Source of the DNA: Eledone cirrhosa
Taxonomy: Eukaryota
Length of the DNA stretch: 64,000 bases
Assembly (NCBI GenBank): GCA_964016885.1
Contig: OZ024743.1
Coordinates: 168,764,001 to 168,828,000, forward strand
Direction: 5' to 3'
The notes beneath the pieces are model-generated. The model was not told the DNA's origin. It saw only the letters and a program-made list of their open reading frames with translations, and did no database searches. A program made the translations under genes and the position numbers. This document shows, piece by piece, positions 24,951 to 38,305 of the stretch (position 1 is its first letter; each line of letters opens with the position of its first letter).

Positions 24951-25952
24951 CTAGCAGTAAAGCCCGGCGTTGCTCGGGGTCACTCAGTAGCTGTGTTAAA
25001 GTTACAATGTTAAGTTTCTTTCTTGGCTTAAAAACTGTAGTGTCTACTGTGCAGACTTGCATGTGGTGTTTTTGATTAATATTCCCTCAACCAACAATAT
25101 GCCTTATGAAGTTAAGAAAACATAACGATAACCCGAATGTTATAACAACAGAGGATGCTGGGGATAGAAACTGCACTGGTTATTTATTAACAAAGATCGA
25201 AAATGTAAACACTGCAACGCAGAGAAAAACATTAGCGTAACCAAATTATCAGTTATGTCTGTCTGCACGCCTATATCACCTCTCTGCACGACTATCTGTC
25301 TGCACGCCTATATCACCTCTCTGCACGACTGTCTGTCTGCACGCCTATATCACCTCTCTGCACGACTGTCTGTCTGCACGCCTATATCACCTCTCTGCAC
25401 GACTGTCTGTCTGCACGCCTATATCACCTCTCTGCACGACTGTCTGTCTGCACGACTGTCTGTCTGCACGACTGTCTGTCTGCACGCCTAACGACGAAAT
25501 ATTTGCTTGTTTTACGTAGTCTTTAAATAGACTTGTTTTCAAGTAAAAATATTGTTTTAAAATGCTTTTAAATGGAAATGAAGCAAAACGGAAGCTTAGT
25601 GTTCGAACTGATGAATTTTGCAGGTCAATATTTTGCTGGCTCGACAACTGTTCGTGTATTGTGTTAATGTCATTTTAAACGCTGAGAAAGCCAGCGTAAT
25701 TTTTTACGTAAGACGCTCAATGTAAACAGAACAAAGGGAAATAACTGATAACTTACGCTCAAAAATCGATACATTATATTCGATTTCGTCACATAGGGTG
25801 GGTCAATTTGAAATATTTTTTTTTCCGATGTCTTCGCTAGGGCTCAATGTACAAGTATAGCAATTTCGGTGCAATTCCGTCAGAGATTCTAAGAGGAGAT
25901 GTGTGCCAAAAATCGATAGACAGACAGACAACCACAGTTTTATATATATAGA
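24951..25952 (-). mobile_element. Non-autonomous Helitron
   Basis: Minus strand starts TCTATATATATAAAA and ends with hairpin CCCGAGCAACGCCGGG then CTAG; inserted between A and T. Confidence 0.8.
25257..25489. repeat. 37-bp minisatellite, 5 full units plus partials
   Basis: Unit gtctgtctgcacgcctatatcacctctctgcacgact. Confidence 0.95.
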
Positions 25953-26039
25953 TTAGAAATATAAACAACTAATAATTGTAAATTATTTCTATCTCTATAA
26001 TACTAATACATACGCAATTATTAATCTATATAGATATTC

Positions 26040-26220
26040 ATATCAACTAGACATTGATTGACATATATATATTTAAAATAAACACATGAAACAATCACAG
26101 GGGATAAGTTGTAAAGTGTGTAAGCACACACAGCTACGTAGGTACAAATTATATCCTGTGATTGTTTCATGTGTATATTTTAAATATATATATATATGTC
26201 AATCAATTTCTAGTTGATAT
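26040..26220. repeat. Fold-back inverted repeat (~70 bp arms)
   Basis: atatcaactagacattgattgac...ttgta is inverted with tacaa...gtcaatcaatttctagttgatat. Confidence 0.8.
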
Positions 26221-26743
26221 ATAATGCTCGGATCTATTCATTGGAATATTTGAGCTTATTCTACGGTGGATATGGCGCATGTCTCGGACTTGACTTTCTT
26301 AATTTAACTTAATTTTGGATATATAGATATTTATATACATATACGTAATGTAATAAGATAAAAATACTTACAACCATAATTCTTCATATAATCTAATTGA
26401 TTATATACCATATTATAACTCATAATATAGGTAAATAAATTTAAATTTAAACTCTGGAATCATATTCCACTTTTGCCCCCAAATTAACGTAAATACAAGC
26501 TTTTCTTCCTTTTCCTTCTTTCCTACGCATACAAATACATATCATAATTTAAATACTCTATAGCGTCTAAAATAACGTTTTTTCAGCCCTTTACCTCAAC
26601 CTCATTAGCATACTCATTTGCATACTCATCTTAACAATTTGAAATATCTGACTTTTCTTCTCTTATTCTTTCACTATCCAAGGAAAACTTAAACCGTTAA
26701 GGTATTTTCCTTGGCTAAGTCAAAATTTATAAAACACACTTCG

Positions 26744-26804
26744 TATTTTATCTGATGAAAGCTTACCAAAGCTTTGGTACCATTGAAATATATATAATAG
26801 AATA
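26744..26804 (+). ncRNA. Type I hammerhead ribozyme (PLE 3' UTR)
   Basis: tattttat-CTGATGA-aagct-taccaaa/tttggta-ccatt-GAAA-tatata-TA-atagaata; stem III palindrome ATATATAT. Confidence 0.75.
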
Positions 26805-27164
26805 AATATGGTTTTATAAATATAGTTTCCATTTATTTAATACCATTGTCTATATATATATACATATATTTATACATATATATATATACATATAGTAATA
26901 ATAATAAATTTGAAGACTAAAATCCAAAGAGGGCTCGATAAGGATAAATATATATCAAATATATAAGAACCGTAGAGAAAATATATATACATACATATAT
27001 ATATACATAGATATATATATACACATATATATACATACATATATACATATATATACATACATATATATATACATATATATATACATATATATATATACAT
27101 TTACATATATATATACATTTATATATATACATACATATATATATACATATATATATATATATGA

Positions 27165-27662
27165 TGGTTGGCCCCTCCTTATCGAGTATGGCCATTGCAC
27201 GATATACCATGATTAATTCTATCGTGCAATGCCTGTGCGTGAAGATATTTTTTAAAGTGAGGAAGGACTGTACACTGAGCCAATCCCACTCTCTGAACGA
27301 CAGTAGCTATAATTCGAAAAGAAGAAAAGACCAACATCATCGGTAACTACTGAGCCGCAGGTTTTATATCGGAGTTATCCTAGTTTCCTGAGTTGCCTTG
27401 TCCTAGAAGAATGCCCTGACAAAGTCTAGGGGTCCTTCACTCCCAGTGGTTTAACCACGTGGTACATGTCTATATACATATTTACACAATTTCGGATGGG
27501 TGTTAACTCTTATGAGTTCTTTCGCCCTTTGTCAGGTTTTGTTTTATTGTCTTGCAGCGTGTCCAAATCAACTCCTCACCAAGTAAACTTGGCTCGGTTG
27601 CCGACCATGCGACAGGTTGTACTGGGTTACATGTTACCAGCAACACTCAAGAGTGACCCGTC

Positions 27663-27663
<1 letters not shown>
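27165..27663 (-). mobile_element. Diverged copy of the RTE-UTR-like element
   Basis: Shares caatgcctgtgc, cccactctct and acaggttgtactgggttacatgttaccag with 23708-24311. Confidence 0.65.
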
Positions 27664-27724
<61 letters not shown>

Positions 27725-27728
<4 letters not shown>

Positions 27729-28327
27729 TAAAAAGGAAAAGAAAATGCTGACAAATTTTTCCCAGTTAAAAGTAGTTTAATTAGGAATAAGTATAAATTA
27801 GTAATAAGTAGTGGTTAGTATTCAGTTTTAGTTTTAAGTTTTTACCGGTTGCGCATTTCTAATGCTTTTCAAAAATAATTTTGAGATAGAGAGCTCGTGA
27901 TGTTTGCTCTAATCTGATCAGTTTTGGAAATTCTTCCTGTTTTATGTGAAAAAAGTGGCTCCAGAGGTATTAAGATTTGGTTGGTTGTTGAATGTCACGT
28001 GAATAAGTACTATAAATTTCGCGCCAATTCGTGTTGCAAAAATTTCTGTAATCATAACAATTTTGATTGGTCGGTAGAGGTCACGTGAATGTTAAAAATT
28101 GATTTTAGCGCGAACTGGTTTGGCGCCAAATGTAGGTTTGTCGAAGAGTGTCCTTTTTTGCTTGATTAAGTTGCAGTCATGTTGAGAAGTCACTGAAAAA
28201 CATGTCTATTAAGACAAATATGTGTGTGTGTAGTAAAGAGGTTCATTGTTATGATAATGGTCAGTAGGGATGTGTGTGTGACTTGCGGTCATGTTGAAAG
28301 GTCTACAGTTCAGGTGTCTATTAAGAC

Positions 28328-28395
<68 letters not shown>

Positions 28396-28507
28396 CAGAG
28401 TGGTTCGTGGTAGAGGGAATGAATCGGTCAGTAGGAATGTGTGTGTTCATGTGTGGGGGTATTTTAACATGTTGCAACATATTTTTCAGCTCTTGTCTTA
28501 TACGGCG

Positions 28508-28571
<64 letters not shown>

Positions 28572-28660
28572 CTGTTTGTATGTTAGTGTGTGTGTGTGTG
28601 TATCTGTTTGTATGTTAGTGTGTGTGTATGTCTGTTTGTATGTTAGTGTACGCGTGTGTA
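27725..28660 (-). mobile_element. PLE 3' UTR fragment related to 1330-2000 and 500-913
   Basis: Shared aaaaagtggctc, tcacgtgaataag and aaatttcgcgcca motifs; degenerate CTGATCA...GAAATGCGCA. Confidence 0.6.
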
Positions 28661-28661
28661 C

Positions 28662-28734
<73 letters not shown>

Positions 28735-28778
28735 TACATATATATTTATATATATATATGTATATATATACATATATA

Positions 28779-29521
28779 TAATTGAATAAACAAGAGAGAT
28801 GAACACTAATATAAACATACATGTGTCCGAATCGTAAGGACTTGGTTTGCTAAAGTGAAAAAATACTAGCTACAGTAATATGGTTTGCCAGACTAAATTT
28901 AAAGTAGTAAATTAATAAAAATAATAACAAACCTACATTGGTTCACTGCCTGGAAATCCCTAGACAGTTATGGAATCTGTTTCGCAAAATCATATTATGC
29001 GGAGTCATCAACATTTCTCTGCTCATCAGTAGGTGTTGAGAAATTAGCGATCCTTCGACTTCTAAAAATATTAGAAGACTGAATTGCGTGCGATATGAAA
29101 TAACGCACGTGTCTTCGGTGCCTAGCTTGTCGCGAAAACACATGCCGCTAAAAATAGCAGCCTGGTTAAACGACATTAAAATTAGCTTTACATGATGGAG
29201 CCGACAAATATATACTGAGTTAGAAACTCAAAGTAGTCTCTTGCAATTAAATAGCTCTAAGAAAATAACTTTTCTGAGCCGTGTAATATAATTGAATAAA
29301 CAAGAGAGATGAACACTAATATAAACATGTGTCCGAATCGTAAGGACTAGGTTTGATAGTGTGAAAAACTACAGCAATATGGTTAGCCATACTTAATTTA
29401 AAGTAGTAAATTAAGAAAAATAATAACAAACCTATATAGGCAACTTCCCAATTACACGGCTCGAAAAAAATTTTTCTTAGAGCTATTTAATTGTAAGAGA
29501 CTATTTTGAGTTTCTAAGTCA

Positions 29522-29524
<3 letters not shown>
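28779..29524. mobile_element. Interleaved PLE-like ends: direct repeat plus fold-back, with degenerate hammerhead
   Basis: 28779-28936 is repeated at 29288-29434; 29212-29287 is inverted with 29451-29524. Minus strand 28970-29014 reads atg-TTGATGA..gca/tgc-GAAAC-aga-TTC-cat. Confidence 0.6.
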
Positions 29525-29555
<31 letters not shown>

Positions 29556-29560
<5 letters not shown>

Positions 29561-29743
29561 AACCAGTAAGACCCCGACAGCTGAGCTCAAGCCGTTTCGA
29601 CGGCTAATTCTCGAATTAGCCGTCGAAACGGCTTGAGCTCAGCTGTCGGGGTCTTACTGGTTCCTATTACCCACTCTACTACCTCAAGTATTGAGTACTT
29701 TGGTGCGTTATGGTCCACCTGGTTCCTTACCACATTTCCTTCG

Positions 29744-29745
<2 letters not shown>
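29556..29745. repeat. Perfect 55-bp-arm hairpin with 2-nt loop plus tail, in (TA)n
   Basis: 29556-29610 is the exact reverse complement of 29613-29667. Confidence 0.92.
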
Positions 29746-29796
<51 letters not shown>

Positions 29797-30249
29797 TATA
29801 TATATATGTATATATACATACATATATACATATATATACATATATTTACATACATATATACATATATACATATATATATATATACATACACGTATATATA
29901 CATATATATATATACATACATATATATATACATATATATATATATACATACATATAAATATACATATATATATATACATACATATAAATATACATATATA
30001 TATGATTATATATGTATTCATATATATATATATACATATATATACATATATATACGTATATATATATATATACATATATATGTACATATATATATATATA
30101 TATATACATATATATACATACATATACATACATATACATACATACATCTATATATATATATACATATATATATATACATATATACATATATATATGCATA
30201 CATATATATATGTATACATACATATATACATGTATATTTACATATATAT

Positions 30250-31566
30250 GGTGGCAGCCAACTCGTTTTCGAGTAAGGCCACTACTTTATATCCATGTAG
30301 GAGAACCCCTACCGATGCGCTGAACGAGTGTGACTTTTTAGTCCAGCCAGTGACTTGAAAACTCTGGTACAAACACTACACTTGTGACAATTATTGACAC
30401 ATAGTGCTGGGCCCATGGTACCATGTGACAAGTTCAGAGAGATCTCCAGATATAAAGCAATGCCTGTGCCATGAAGCTTTTATAGTGAGCAAAGGCACTG
30501 CACAAAGCCAGTCCCACTCTCTTAACCAAGAACAAGTCAACATCATTGGATACCATCAGGTGCTATATCAGAGTTTTCATTCTCCTAGAATTCTGCCTTG
30601 ACAAATGCTAAGGGGTCATATCTCCCGGTGATTTTGGATGGCCATTGACTCTTAAGAGCTCCTTTTCCCTCTGACAGGTTTTGTTTTTAGTCCTGCGGGA
30701 TGTCCAAAGTCACCCTCCTCACCAAGAAACCTTGGTGGGGTTGTCAGCTTAGTCGCCATGAGACGGGTTGTACTGGGATACATGTTACCAGTAGCACCCA
30801 CTGGCAACATATATACATATATATACATATATATATACATATATATATACATACATATATATATACATATATATACATGCATATATATACATACATATAT
30901 ACATATATATATATGCACATATATATATATACCTATATATATATATACATATATATACATATATACACATATATACACATATATACATATATACACATAT
31001 ATATACATATATGGTGGCTGCCAACTCGTTTTCGAGTACGGCCACTACTTTATATCCATGTAGGAGAACCCCTACCGATGCGCTGAACGAGTGTGACTTT
31101 TGAGTCCATCCAGCGACTTGAAAACTCTGGTACAAACACTACACTTGTGACAATTATTGACACATAGTGCTGGGCCCATGGTACCATGTGACAAGTGCAG
31201 AGAGATCTCCAGATATAAAGCAATGCCTGTGCCATGAAGCTTTTATAGTGAGCAAAGGCATTGCACAGAGCCAGTCCCACTCTCTTAACCAAGATGATAT
31301 TTACCAAAAAGTAAAACAAGTCAACATCATTGGATACCATCAGGGTTGCAGGTGTTATATCAGAGTTTTCCTTCTCCTAGAATTCTGCCTTGACAAAGGC
31401 TAATGGGTCATCTCTCCCGGTGATTTTGGATGGCCATTGACTCTTAAGAGCTCCTTTGCCCTTTGACAGGTTTTGTTTTTAGTCCTGCAGGATGTCCAAA
31501 GTCACCCTCCTCACCAAGAAACCTTGGTGGGGTTGCCAGTTTAGTCGCCAACGACCCGACCATGAA
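30250..31566 (-). mobile_element. Two tandem copies of the RTE-UTR-like element (30250-30808, 31013-31566)
   Basis: High identity to 23708-24311; separated by (TA/TACA)n. Confidence 0.8.
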
Positions 31567-31878
31567 ACATATACATATATACACATATATATACATATAT
31601 ATATATACACACATATATATATATATATATATACATTATATATATATACATATATATATACATATATATATATATACATATACATACATCTATATACATA
31701 TCTATATACATACAATATATTGAAAAGGTAACAAACTAGAGAGAGATACAGTGCGCCATCAATAATACAGGAAAAAACCCCATCAGTTTATGGAATCTAT
31801 AACCTATGGAAGGCAGAATATAGACAGGATAATTAAAAAATATAAATTAAAGCGTAAATAAATACCTCTATAACTATA

Positions 31879-31964
31879 TAACACACGTACAAATCCGAAG
31901 TGATCCGTTTCGCCATTAAGTTGTTGAGAGAAGTGAAATAACCCAGTTTCATCAGCGTGTGTTA
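31879..31964 (-). ncRNA. Type I hammerhead ribozyme with full-length stem III
   Basis: taacacacg-CTGATGA-...-GAA-acggatc-acttcg-gatttgt-A-cgtgtgtta: 9-bp stem I, 7-bp stem III, GUA site. Confidence 0.8.
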
Positions 31965-32016
31965 GGCTATACATTTCAGACAACACTAAGAGAATTTTTA
32001 AAGAATTTTTATAGCC

Positions 32017-32102
32017 TAACACACGCTGATGAACCTGGGTTATTTCACTTCTCTCAACAACTTAATGGCGAAACGGATCACTTTGAATTTGTACGTGTGT
32101 TA
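32017..32102 (+). ncRNA. Type I hammerhead ribozyme (mirror copy)
   Basis: Same as 31879-31964 with a few substitutions. Confidence 0.75.
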
Positions 32103-32592
32103 TATAGTTATAGAGGTATTTATTTACGCTTTAATTTATATTTTTAATTATCGTATCTATATTCTGATTTCATAGGTTATGGATTCCATAAACTGGTGGT
32201 TTTTCCCAGTTTTATTGATGGCGCACTGTATCTCTCTCTCTAGTGTGTTACCTTTTCAACATATTGTATTCTAAAGTGGTCAGGATTTCCTCTCCTTTGA
32301 GCACATTATTCTGAGTTCAAATCCCGCCGAGGTTGACTTTGCTTTCATCCTTACGAGGTCGATAAAATAAAGTACCAGTAATGCACTGGGATAATTGATG
32401 GCCTTGTGCCAAAAGTAGAAACAATTATTTACAGGGAACGGCGAGAGTCTATGGCTCCGTTAATATATCACGGTACAAATATACATATATATATAAATAA
32501 ATAAATACATTATCGGAGAAATCTTTTAGCGATACTCCGGCCAAATCCCAACTCACTCAACAAACATTAGGAAATAAGTGAGTATATAATAA

Positions 32593-32647
<55 letters not shown>

Positions 32648-33015
32648 TATACATATATATATACATATATACATATATATATATATTCATATATATATAT
32701 ACATATATATACATATATGAGCATACATATATATATACATATATAGATACATACATATATATATACATGTATAGATACATACATATATACATACATATAT
32801 ATATAGATATGTATATATATACATATGTATATATATATATATACATATGTATATATATATATATATATACATATGTATATACATATGTATATACATATGT
32901 ATATATATATATATATATATATACATATGTATATATATATACCTAAATATATATACATATATATATACATACATATATACAGATAAATATATACACATAT
33001 ATATATATGTACACG

Positions 33016-33047
<32 letters not shown>

Positions 33048-33164
33048 CATCTATATATATACATATATATACATATATATATATACATATATATACATAT
33101 ATATACACACATATATATACACATATATATACACACATATATATACATATATATATACATATAT

Positions 33165-33197
<33 letters not shown>

Positions 33198-33203
33198 CAC
33201 ATA

Positions 33204-33378
<175 letters not shown>

Positions 33379-33502
33379 AGGAGGTGAGTTTTATTGTAGT
33401 ACAATAAAGCAATGCAGATATCGGATAAGAAGCACTCTACAGTTTGTAGGACTGGAGTATACATAATATATAAGATCAAAAGATGGTTAAATGAGTTCCA
33501 TG

Positions 33503-33573
33503 TATTTTATTATGCGCATTTCAAAAACAAATATCATCATGCAATAACATTTGTGTTTTCATCAGATAAAATA
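33503..33573 (-). ncRNA. Hammerhead ribozyme in inverted pLTR
   Basis: Reverse complement of 36129-36197 with a 2-nt indel. Confidence 0.8.
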
Positions 33574-33708
33574 GGAAGACATGATATGAAGGTTAAAAAC
33601 ACTTGTGGATAGTGCAGTTTTAAATCAACATATGAAAAGTAGTTTTAGAATGATGTGTGATATTAGGGAAAACATTTTTTTAGTGGGGGGGGGAAGGATG
33701 AATCCCAA

Positions 33709-35090
33709 TTGACAGATTTAATTGGTATCTTTATTTTGAACTCCTTGAGTCGGAAAATTACTCAACTTCGCGGTGGAATTTTTCGTGACGATGGACTCTT
33801 TACTATCTTAAATTGCAACATAGTTAACCTTAATATTATTAAGAACAATATACGTAATCTCTTTCACCAACATAACCTAACAATTGAATTTGATAACAGT
33901 ATCAAACTAGCTAATTTCTTGGATGTATCTCTTAATCTTGACACTGTCCTATATTACCCTTACAATAAAAACAATGAGAACCTAAATTATGTTAATTTTA
34001 AATCTAACCACCCTACTAATATTAAGAATGCTATAGTTAGTAATATTGGAAAAAGAATATCTAACCTATCTTCTAATAAAAACATCTTCGATGCTAACGC
34101 CAATTACTATAATAACGCGCTTTCTAAAGTCGGCTATCCTGATAAAATCAAATATAATAAAGAAACAAATTCTAGAAGATCTTACAGTAGAATAATTAAT
34201 CATGATCATTCCAATAACTTTAATAAAAGACCTAGATACAAAAACATAATCTGGTATAATGCTCCTTTCTCCATCTCTATTAATAATAATATTCCTAAAT
34301 TATTTTTTAGTGCCTTAAATAAATGCTTCCCTCCCTCACATATCTATAGTAAAATATTTAACAAACACACTATAAAATTTTCCTATTCGACATCCTCCAA
34401 CATTTCCAACATTATCTCTAAACACAACAATAAAATACTAAATACTAAATCTCTTCCTTCCAACACTGAATATCATAATAATAGCAATAGTACTCCCGAC
34501 GTCATTGTAAACTCTAGGCTAATTTCTGCAAATCCAAATACAACGTCAAACACAACTTCGCTAAATCTTCTTAATCCCATTCTAAATCAAGAAACTATTA
34601 TTCCTATCGCAAATAACTTCTCCAATCCAATTCCTTCTATAGATAACACTAGGTCACTCATTAATATTCTCTCTAATCGCAATTGCAATTGCCCTGCTAA
34701 AAATAAATGTCCTCTCAACAACCATTGTCTTGATAAAAACTTAATCTACGAATGTAAAGTTATAACTGACACCAATTCCTTCACATATTTTGGCTCCACT
34801 TCCACCTCCTTTAAAGTTCGTCTTTATAATCATCATTCGTCTTTTAAATACCAACTTAAAAGAACCAACACGGCTCTCTCAGAACTCATATGGTCCTTGA
34901 AAGACAAAAATATTAAATATAACATCTCTTGGAAAAAGGTTTCCTCTGCTTCTTCAAGACTTGCAATCTCTGTCTAAATGAAAAATTTACCATTATATCT
35001 AATTTAGATTCTATAATAAATAGACGCACTGACTTGTTTTCTATCTGCTTGCATAAATTCCACAGAACTTTCCATAAAGTATACAGCTAA
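33709..35090 (+). pseudogene. PLE RT plus GIY-YIG endonuclease, 5'-truncated, frameshift near the C-terminus (tentatively Nematis-like)
   Basis: FRDDGL, FLDVSLNL, YVNFKSNHP, CNC...CPL..HCL, LIYECKV..YFGSTSTSFKVRLYNH, then CNLCLNEK...CLHK in another frame. Confidence 0.92.
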
Positions 35091-35128
35091 TATCCTAAAC
35101 TTTATCAATTCAGAATCCTTTTCTCAAA

Positions 35129-35231
<103 letters not shown>

Positions 35232-36128
35232 TATATATATATACTTCTTTAAAAATATACCCATCTTTCTACCTTATTTCAAAGTTATTTATTATATTCT
35301 ATATCACTCCTATTTATCACTTCCCTTTCTTCCTTTTCCTTTTCTTTTCTTTTTCTTTTAATTTCTAACCCTTAATCTGTACCTTTTCTCACTGTGCATA
35401 ACATAGAAACAATTATTACACAATACACTATATTATTACTTTATATCACCTTAAAAAAATGCTTCGTAAACATAAACATTTTTTTTTTTGACGTTAGATT
35501 ATTCATCCTCTATTCATTATTTTTTTCTCACTTTCATCTAACTTATTCATGCTCATCTCACAATATATCCTTATTTACATTACTTTTGTTTTTTTTTATA
35601 ATACATATCAACATTTTCTTTCCATCGCACATATTATTTAAACCCTTAAATATTATTCTTAATACATATCAACATTTTCTTTCCATCGCACATATTATTT
35701 AAACCCTTAAATATTATTCTTAATACATATTAACATTTTCTTTCCATCGAACATATTATTAAACCCTTCAATATACAAACCTTAACTTTACATTATCTTT
35801 CTCTTCGTTAATTTTCAAATTCTTTTAATTTATACATTATCTTCCAACGGTTTTTCAACCTCTCTATGTAAAACAATATATTTTTCTCAGTTATAAAAGC
35901 TATCTCTCTCTCGCTATCACCCATCTCTCCTCCTATCTCATCCTTCCTCATTATACTCCTCCCCCTCCACTTTTCACTCTCATCTCCTCCTCTTTTTCAT
36001 CCTTTCCACCCCACCCCCTCAAAACATTTTTTTCCCCAATATCACACATCAATCTAAAACTACTTTTCATATGTTGATTTAAAACTGCACTCTCCACAAA
36101 TGTTTTTAACCTTCATATCATGTCTTCC

Positions 36129-36197
36129 TATTTTATCTGATGAAAACAAATGTTATTGCATGATGATATTTGTTTTTGAAATGCGCATAATAAAATA
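36129..36197 (+). ncRNA. Type I hammerhead ribozyme
   Basis: tattttat-CTGATGA-aaacaaatg/tatttgttt-tt-GAAA-tgcgca-TA-ataaaata; perfect 8-bp stem I; palindromic stem III ATGCGCAT. Confidence 0.88.
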
Positions 36198-36227
36198 CAT
36201 GGAACTCATTTAACCATCTTTTGATCT

Positions 36228-36274
<47 letters not shown>

Positions 36275-36440
36275 TTTTATATATATATGTATCATCATCA
36301 TTTTACATCCGCTTTTCCCTGCTTGCAAGTGTTGGACGGGTTCTATTCAGCACAGCATCTCTCCACTTGTCATGGTCCTTCGTCATCTCCACTTGTGTAT
36401 ATATATATATTATAGGTATGTATATATGTATATATATAGG

Positions 36441-36496
<56 letters not shown>

Positions 36497-36501
<5 letters not shown>

Positions 36502-36960
36502 ATAATAAGAAATTTGAAGACTAAAATCCAAAGAGGGCTCGATAAAGATAAATATATATCACATATATAAGAACCGTAGAGCAAATATTTATTAAAATAA
36601 CAGATTAAAGTTTATGCAAAGAATCGCTGCTTTCACCCTTAAAGGGATCTTCTGAAACTAAAAAAATCAATCTGTGAACGCAAAAGCAAATATTTCGAAA
36701 AACGTTGCAGCCGAGGGAAAACAGGAAGACGATACTTTGGTTCGTGGAGACGTTCCCTGGCAAAGAACGGAAAAAAACGAAGGTAATACGTCAATATTTG
36801 GAGCGATGAAAACAATTACACGCAAAAACAAAACCACGTTTATGGTATAAATGAAGTCGTAGACTCATATTCTATTAGGTGGTTCGTGGAGATGTTCCCT
36901 GGCAATGAACTGTAAAAACGAAGATAATACGTCATTATACATTTATATACACACCTATAT
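36497..36960 (-). mobile_element. Longest copy of the PLE-like terminal family
   Basis: Matches 6890-7050; degenerate CAGAAGA-tccctt/aagggt-GAAA at ~36620-36655; internal direct repeat ggttcgtggaga.gttccctggcaa. Confidence 0.6.
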
Positions 36961-37428
36961 AATTTATATATATACATATACATAATTATATATATATATA
37001 CATATATACACACATTTAAACACACACACATATATATACATATATCCTAAAAGATACACACACATCTATATATATATAGCAGGGTGTCCTAAAAAATGAT
37101 TACTTGGATTTTACACACATATATATATATATCACATATTCACACACATATATACTAATTACAACAGGAATGTTTCATTCGCATGAAATTATCGGGATGA
37201 TTCCTGATAATTCTATACGAACAAAAAAGTTCTAGTTCCGTAGTAGTAATTTCTATATAAAATGTTTCTTCTCCATTAACGTATTCAGTACCTTATCTAA
37301 ATTTATTTTTTTCCGATAACCTTCGGAAAACCTTCCATGGTCGTGTATATTATATAGTGTGTAGTTATAATTGACAACAGATCTCCTTTGAAGAAACTTT
37401 TTGTCCTATTCAATGGATGAATTTCGTA

Positions 37429-37460
37429 CTAGCAGTTGTACCCGGCGTTGCACGGGATAA
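37429..37460 (-). mobile_element. Helitron 3' end (opposite orientation)
   Basis: Minus strand CCCGTGCAACGCCGGG...CTAG-T, like 24951-24980. Confidence 0.65.
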
Positions 37461-38226
37461 GGTATTTTGGAACGCATATACATTTACACATATACATTTA
37501 CATTTACACATATACATTTACACAAACACACACATAGAGTTATGATAGCGTTCGGTGAAGTGGAAATGGGAGGGTAAAACAAATATAACGTTTTATTTAT
37601 TTATTAACTCTTTTTTTTAAAACTAATTTAATATAATGGTTACAGAACGAAAACACTAACAAATCTATCTATCTATATATATATAAATGCAAGCTTACGA
37701 TTCTGTGTGTCCGCCTAAAACTAGCAAACTACCGGACCAAACTCCTCAAAATTACATGTACATATTCACTATACACTCGGACAGGTAACGGTCGAAAAAG
37801 TTTTACTTTGCAAAGCAAGGAATTCATTTAAATTCAATTTATCTTATTTTCTAATGAATATGAAAAGGGATCATCCATTTTCTTTTTTTATTTCTCCAGT
37901 CTGTAGATAAGAGAGTGAGGATGTGAGAGAGAAAGAGAGAGTAAGGGATGAGAGAGAAAGAGAGTGAGTGGGAGATGGGAGAGAGAGTGAGGGGATGAGA
38001 GAGAAAGAGAGAGTGAGGGTATGGGAGAGAGTAAGGTGATGTGAGTGAGAAAGAAAGAGAGTAAGGGGATGAGAGAGAAGGATGATGAAAGAGAGAGAGG
38101 GAAAGTAATCAGTGTTCTTAACTTTTATTTATTTATTATTTTTACACAATTTTTAACTCTCCCGCTTCCTTAACGTTATTTATCTTTTCATTATTTTTTG
38201 TTCTCTATTTCGTAGAGAGAGGGGGA

Positions 38227-38305
<79 letters not shown>

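Larger units (their letters stand above)
31711..32268. mobile_element. Fold-back element, ~260 bp arms, each arm carrying a hammerhead
   Basis: 31711-31970 is inverted with 32011-32268; the tail continues right and is interrupted by a SINE piece at 32310-32428. Confidence 0.85.

Noticed and set aside
25257-25489. CRISPR-like 37-bp periodicity
   Set aside because: Head-to-tail identical units with no unique spacers, eukaryotic context, no cas genes.
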